This document shows, piece by piece, positions 61,701 through 64,000 of a DNA stretch of 64,000 nucleotides. The stretch spans positions 14,012,001 to 14,076,000 of the forward strand of contig OZ059894.1 in the NCBI GenBank assembly GCA_964057225.1, read 5' to 3'. The DNA is from Auanema rhodensis. Taxonomy: Eukaryota > Animalia > Nematoda. The position numbers were made by a program, and so were the translations under genes. The notes beneath the pieces are model-generated. The model saw only the letters and a program-made list of their open reading frames with translations, searched no databases and had not been told where the DNA came from. Position 1 is the stretch's first letter; each line of letters opens with the position of its first letter.

Positions 61701-64000
61701 TCAGGGCTCTGACGAAGTATCAACTGAAGTTAAGATTGCCGGAACTAGTGGAGTTAGCTATGAATGGCAAACACCTACCGGAGACCGTAAAGACCGTATC
61801 AACGAGTTGGAAGAATGGATTCACCGTCCTAAGGAAGAACTTAACCTTCCAGCTATTGATCATCCAGCTCCAAGCTTCAGTCAACCATTAGCTGATATGG
61901 GCACGGTAAGTATTAAATAGATTTTGATTAACTGATAAAGCCATATTTTAGATGAATGAAGCTGATGCTACTGCTTTCGTATGTGTGTTGGAACCCATTG
62001 GTGATCCATCTCTTCGTGTTGAATGGCTTCACAATGATCATCCAATTCCATATTCCAACAGAATTTCCTGCAGCAATGAATTTGGTGTTGCTACTCTGCT
62101 TATCAAGCATCTTATCACCGCTGATAGCGGAGAATATAAATGTGTTGCTACTAATTCCAAGGGATCTGCTGAAACTAAGGCAACCATCACTGTGGAATCC
62201 ACTGTATTCACTGAAGCACCAATCATCATTCAGCCATTGGTTGAGAATATAGATGGAACATTGGTTAGTATTAAGTTATATATGTATGTTTAAGATTACT
62301 GAATTATAGGAAGGAGATTCTGTTCATCTTGAATGCCGTGTTGGACCAATCAATGATCCACAACTCAAGGTTATGTGGTATCGTAATGGAGCTCCACTTC
62401 CAGAAGCTAGCAGGTTTGTTTTCATTAAATTTCGAAACTTCACGTATTCAAATTTCTGTTTTTCAGATTCAAGCCAACATTTGAATTCGGATTTGTTTCT
62501 TTGGATATTCTTTATGCATATCCTGAAGATAACGGAGATTATGAGTTGGTAGTTGTAAATGCTAAGGGTGAAGCACGTACGAAATCTCACATCACTGTTT
62601 TATCCCGTCCATCCCTTGATTACACTTCACAAGGTGGAAGTCGTTTGGAGAATTTGGAGTCTCACTTCCGTCAACATTCAACAGCTCCACTTCAACTTCT
62701 TGCTGATGACGTTTATGATGCTAATCAACAGAAGTAAGATTTGATTTCCATTATAGTTGATTGAGATAAAAATTAATTTTTCAGAGCTCCAGAATTCAAG
62801 GTTCCAATGCAAAACATTGGAGTCATGGAAGGACAATTCTGTAGATTCGAAACTCAAATTGCTCCAATCAACGATCCATATCTCAAGATCGAATGGTACA
62901 AGGATAAGAAGCCTGTACTTCTCGGTCATCGCTTTAGAAGTACCTTGGACTTCGGTTTTGCTTGTCTTGATCTCCTGTATGCTCTCCCAGATGATACTGG
63001 AGAATATCATTGTGTTGCCACAAACAGACATGGTATGAACATACTTTTAACTAAAACTTTACAATTAATTAAATATTTAGGCCAAGCCATGATTGCTGCT
63101 AAGTTAGCTTGCCAAGGAGCTTCTCATGTCATCACTGAGAGCCAAATGCCACAGGGTATGCTTGTTAACAGCGTCAAGAAAGACAGCAACAAGCTTCATT
63201 GGTCAGCTCAAACACCTGACCACCAAGTCCGTCAGAAACAAGCACCTCAATTCACCATTCGTCCAAGAAATCTCCAGGTTTGATTGTTACAACGACAAAG
63301 GTAAATGTTTATTCTGATATTCAGGTTACTGAAAATGAACCTGCTCGTTTCGAATGTGCTGTTATTGGTAATCCACGTGCTAAGGTTACGTGGTATATCA
63401 ACGGAAACCAAGCTTTACATGTAAGATTTAACAGAAAATAAGGTTATTGTTGATTATTCAACATGTTTCAGGGACATCGTTATAAGCTTACTTATGATGG
63501 TCTCCACTACTTGACCATTTCAAATTGCCGTATATCTGATGCTGGTGAAGTTGTTGCTATTGCTAAGAACACCGAAGGAGAAACTCTTGCTAGCTGTACA
63601 TTGGATATCTATCAAAAGAACGATTTCCGTCAAACTAAGCTTAAACCTACTCAACTCAAGACCTCTGACGAGCTTATGGAGCGTCAACATCGCTGGCAAA
63701 AGGAAACACTTGGAAAACTTGGTGAAGCTTTCGATGCTGCTCCTAGACCAGATGCTATGAAATTGATGCATGTAGAGAGGTAACATAAGACTTTTGTAAC
63801 TTTGTTATAAATTATATTCAGAGCACGTTCTCCCATTGAACCTATGGAGACTGAAGAATTACTCCAGAAGTTCACTAGACCTCGCGATGATCAATTCTAC
63901 GAACAACTCTCTTATGTATAATATGAATTTGATATTGATAATTAAGCTTTTAATTCAGGTTGAAACATCTAAGCCTCAATTCAAGGGAATGGAACTTGAG
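43736..64000 (+). CDS. ketn-1: Kettin, giant muscle Ig-repeat actin-binding protein; partial, continues past the right edge of the window
   Basis: Starts MPFKQPLGERADNRTPPTFIR with I-set Ig domains, then a Q/E/R-rich insert, then more than 20 kettin-type units (PxF...HxEAxxxPxxDPxxxxxW...DFGxxxLDI...EDSGxY) joined by the HxxSWxRIQELEAP linker. Confidence 0.93.
46144..46388 (-). CDS. Putative terminal exon of an unknown gene nested antisense in a kettin intron
   Basis: 80 open codons from an AG acceptor (GTAAATAG) to TAA with globular-looking composition (RFIICGTPAYRLESARILVDNNEQDIWRISVHV...SVWFVKKVGGYYEVVDE). Upstream exon not found. Confidence 0.35.
52793..52865 (-). tRNA. tRNA-Arg, anticodon TCT, intronless, antisense inside a kettin intron
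   Basis: GCCCGCGTGGCCTAATGGATAAGGCGTCTGACTTCTAATCAGAAGATTGTCGGTTCGATCCCGGCCGTGGGCT: full cloverleaf, A and B boxes, anticodon stem TCTGA/TCAGA with loop CTTCTAA, and downstream T-runs as Pol III terminator. Confidence 0.96.

Noticed and set aside
56426-63875. Many alternative-frame and antisense ORFs over kettin, and likewise 9345-9851 over cathepsin B
   Set aside because: These are shadows of biased codon usage in the real frame.
1-64000. Operons, SL RNA, snRNA, rRNA, telomeric arrays, DNA-elimination sites, CRISPR, intact transposons
   Set aside because: No same-strand genes about 100 bp apart, no SL1/SL2 leader copy, only isolated TTAGGC words, and no transposase/RT ORF or terminal repeats found by eye.

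Overview
Genomic DNA of a rhabditid-type nematode: very AT-rich, mostly 40-60 nt GT-AG introns, TTTCAG/TTTTAG/TTTAAG acceptors; apparently not C. elegans itself. I assembled 14 spliced protein-coding genes by hand. In order: otubain (partial, -), NTPDase uda-1-like (+), orphan secreted mucin-stalk protein (-), cathepsin B (+), GT92 glycosyltransferase (+), M14 carboxypeptidase (+), cdt-2 (-), divergent importin-alpha (+), UGT (+), secreted antistasin/Kunitz hybrid (-), usp-50/USP8 (-), SREK1IP1-like (+), kxd-1 (-) and the 5' 20 kb of the giant muscle Ig gene kettin (ketn-1, +, partial). There is also a tRNA-Arg(TCT) nested antisense in a kettin intron and several GA/CT and TA microsatellites. 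CDS coordinates are gene spans (start codon to stop codon, introns included). I see no clearly new multi-gene system. The best leads are an importin-alpha that has lost its NLS-binding Trp/Asn ladder, a possible antisense nested gene plus hairpins in a kettin intron, a probable internal kettin start, a modular charged-helix/polyQ exon block in kettin, the antistasin-Kunitz hybrid, and frequent AAG splice acceptors. All homology calls come from recognising motifs, not from database searches.
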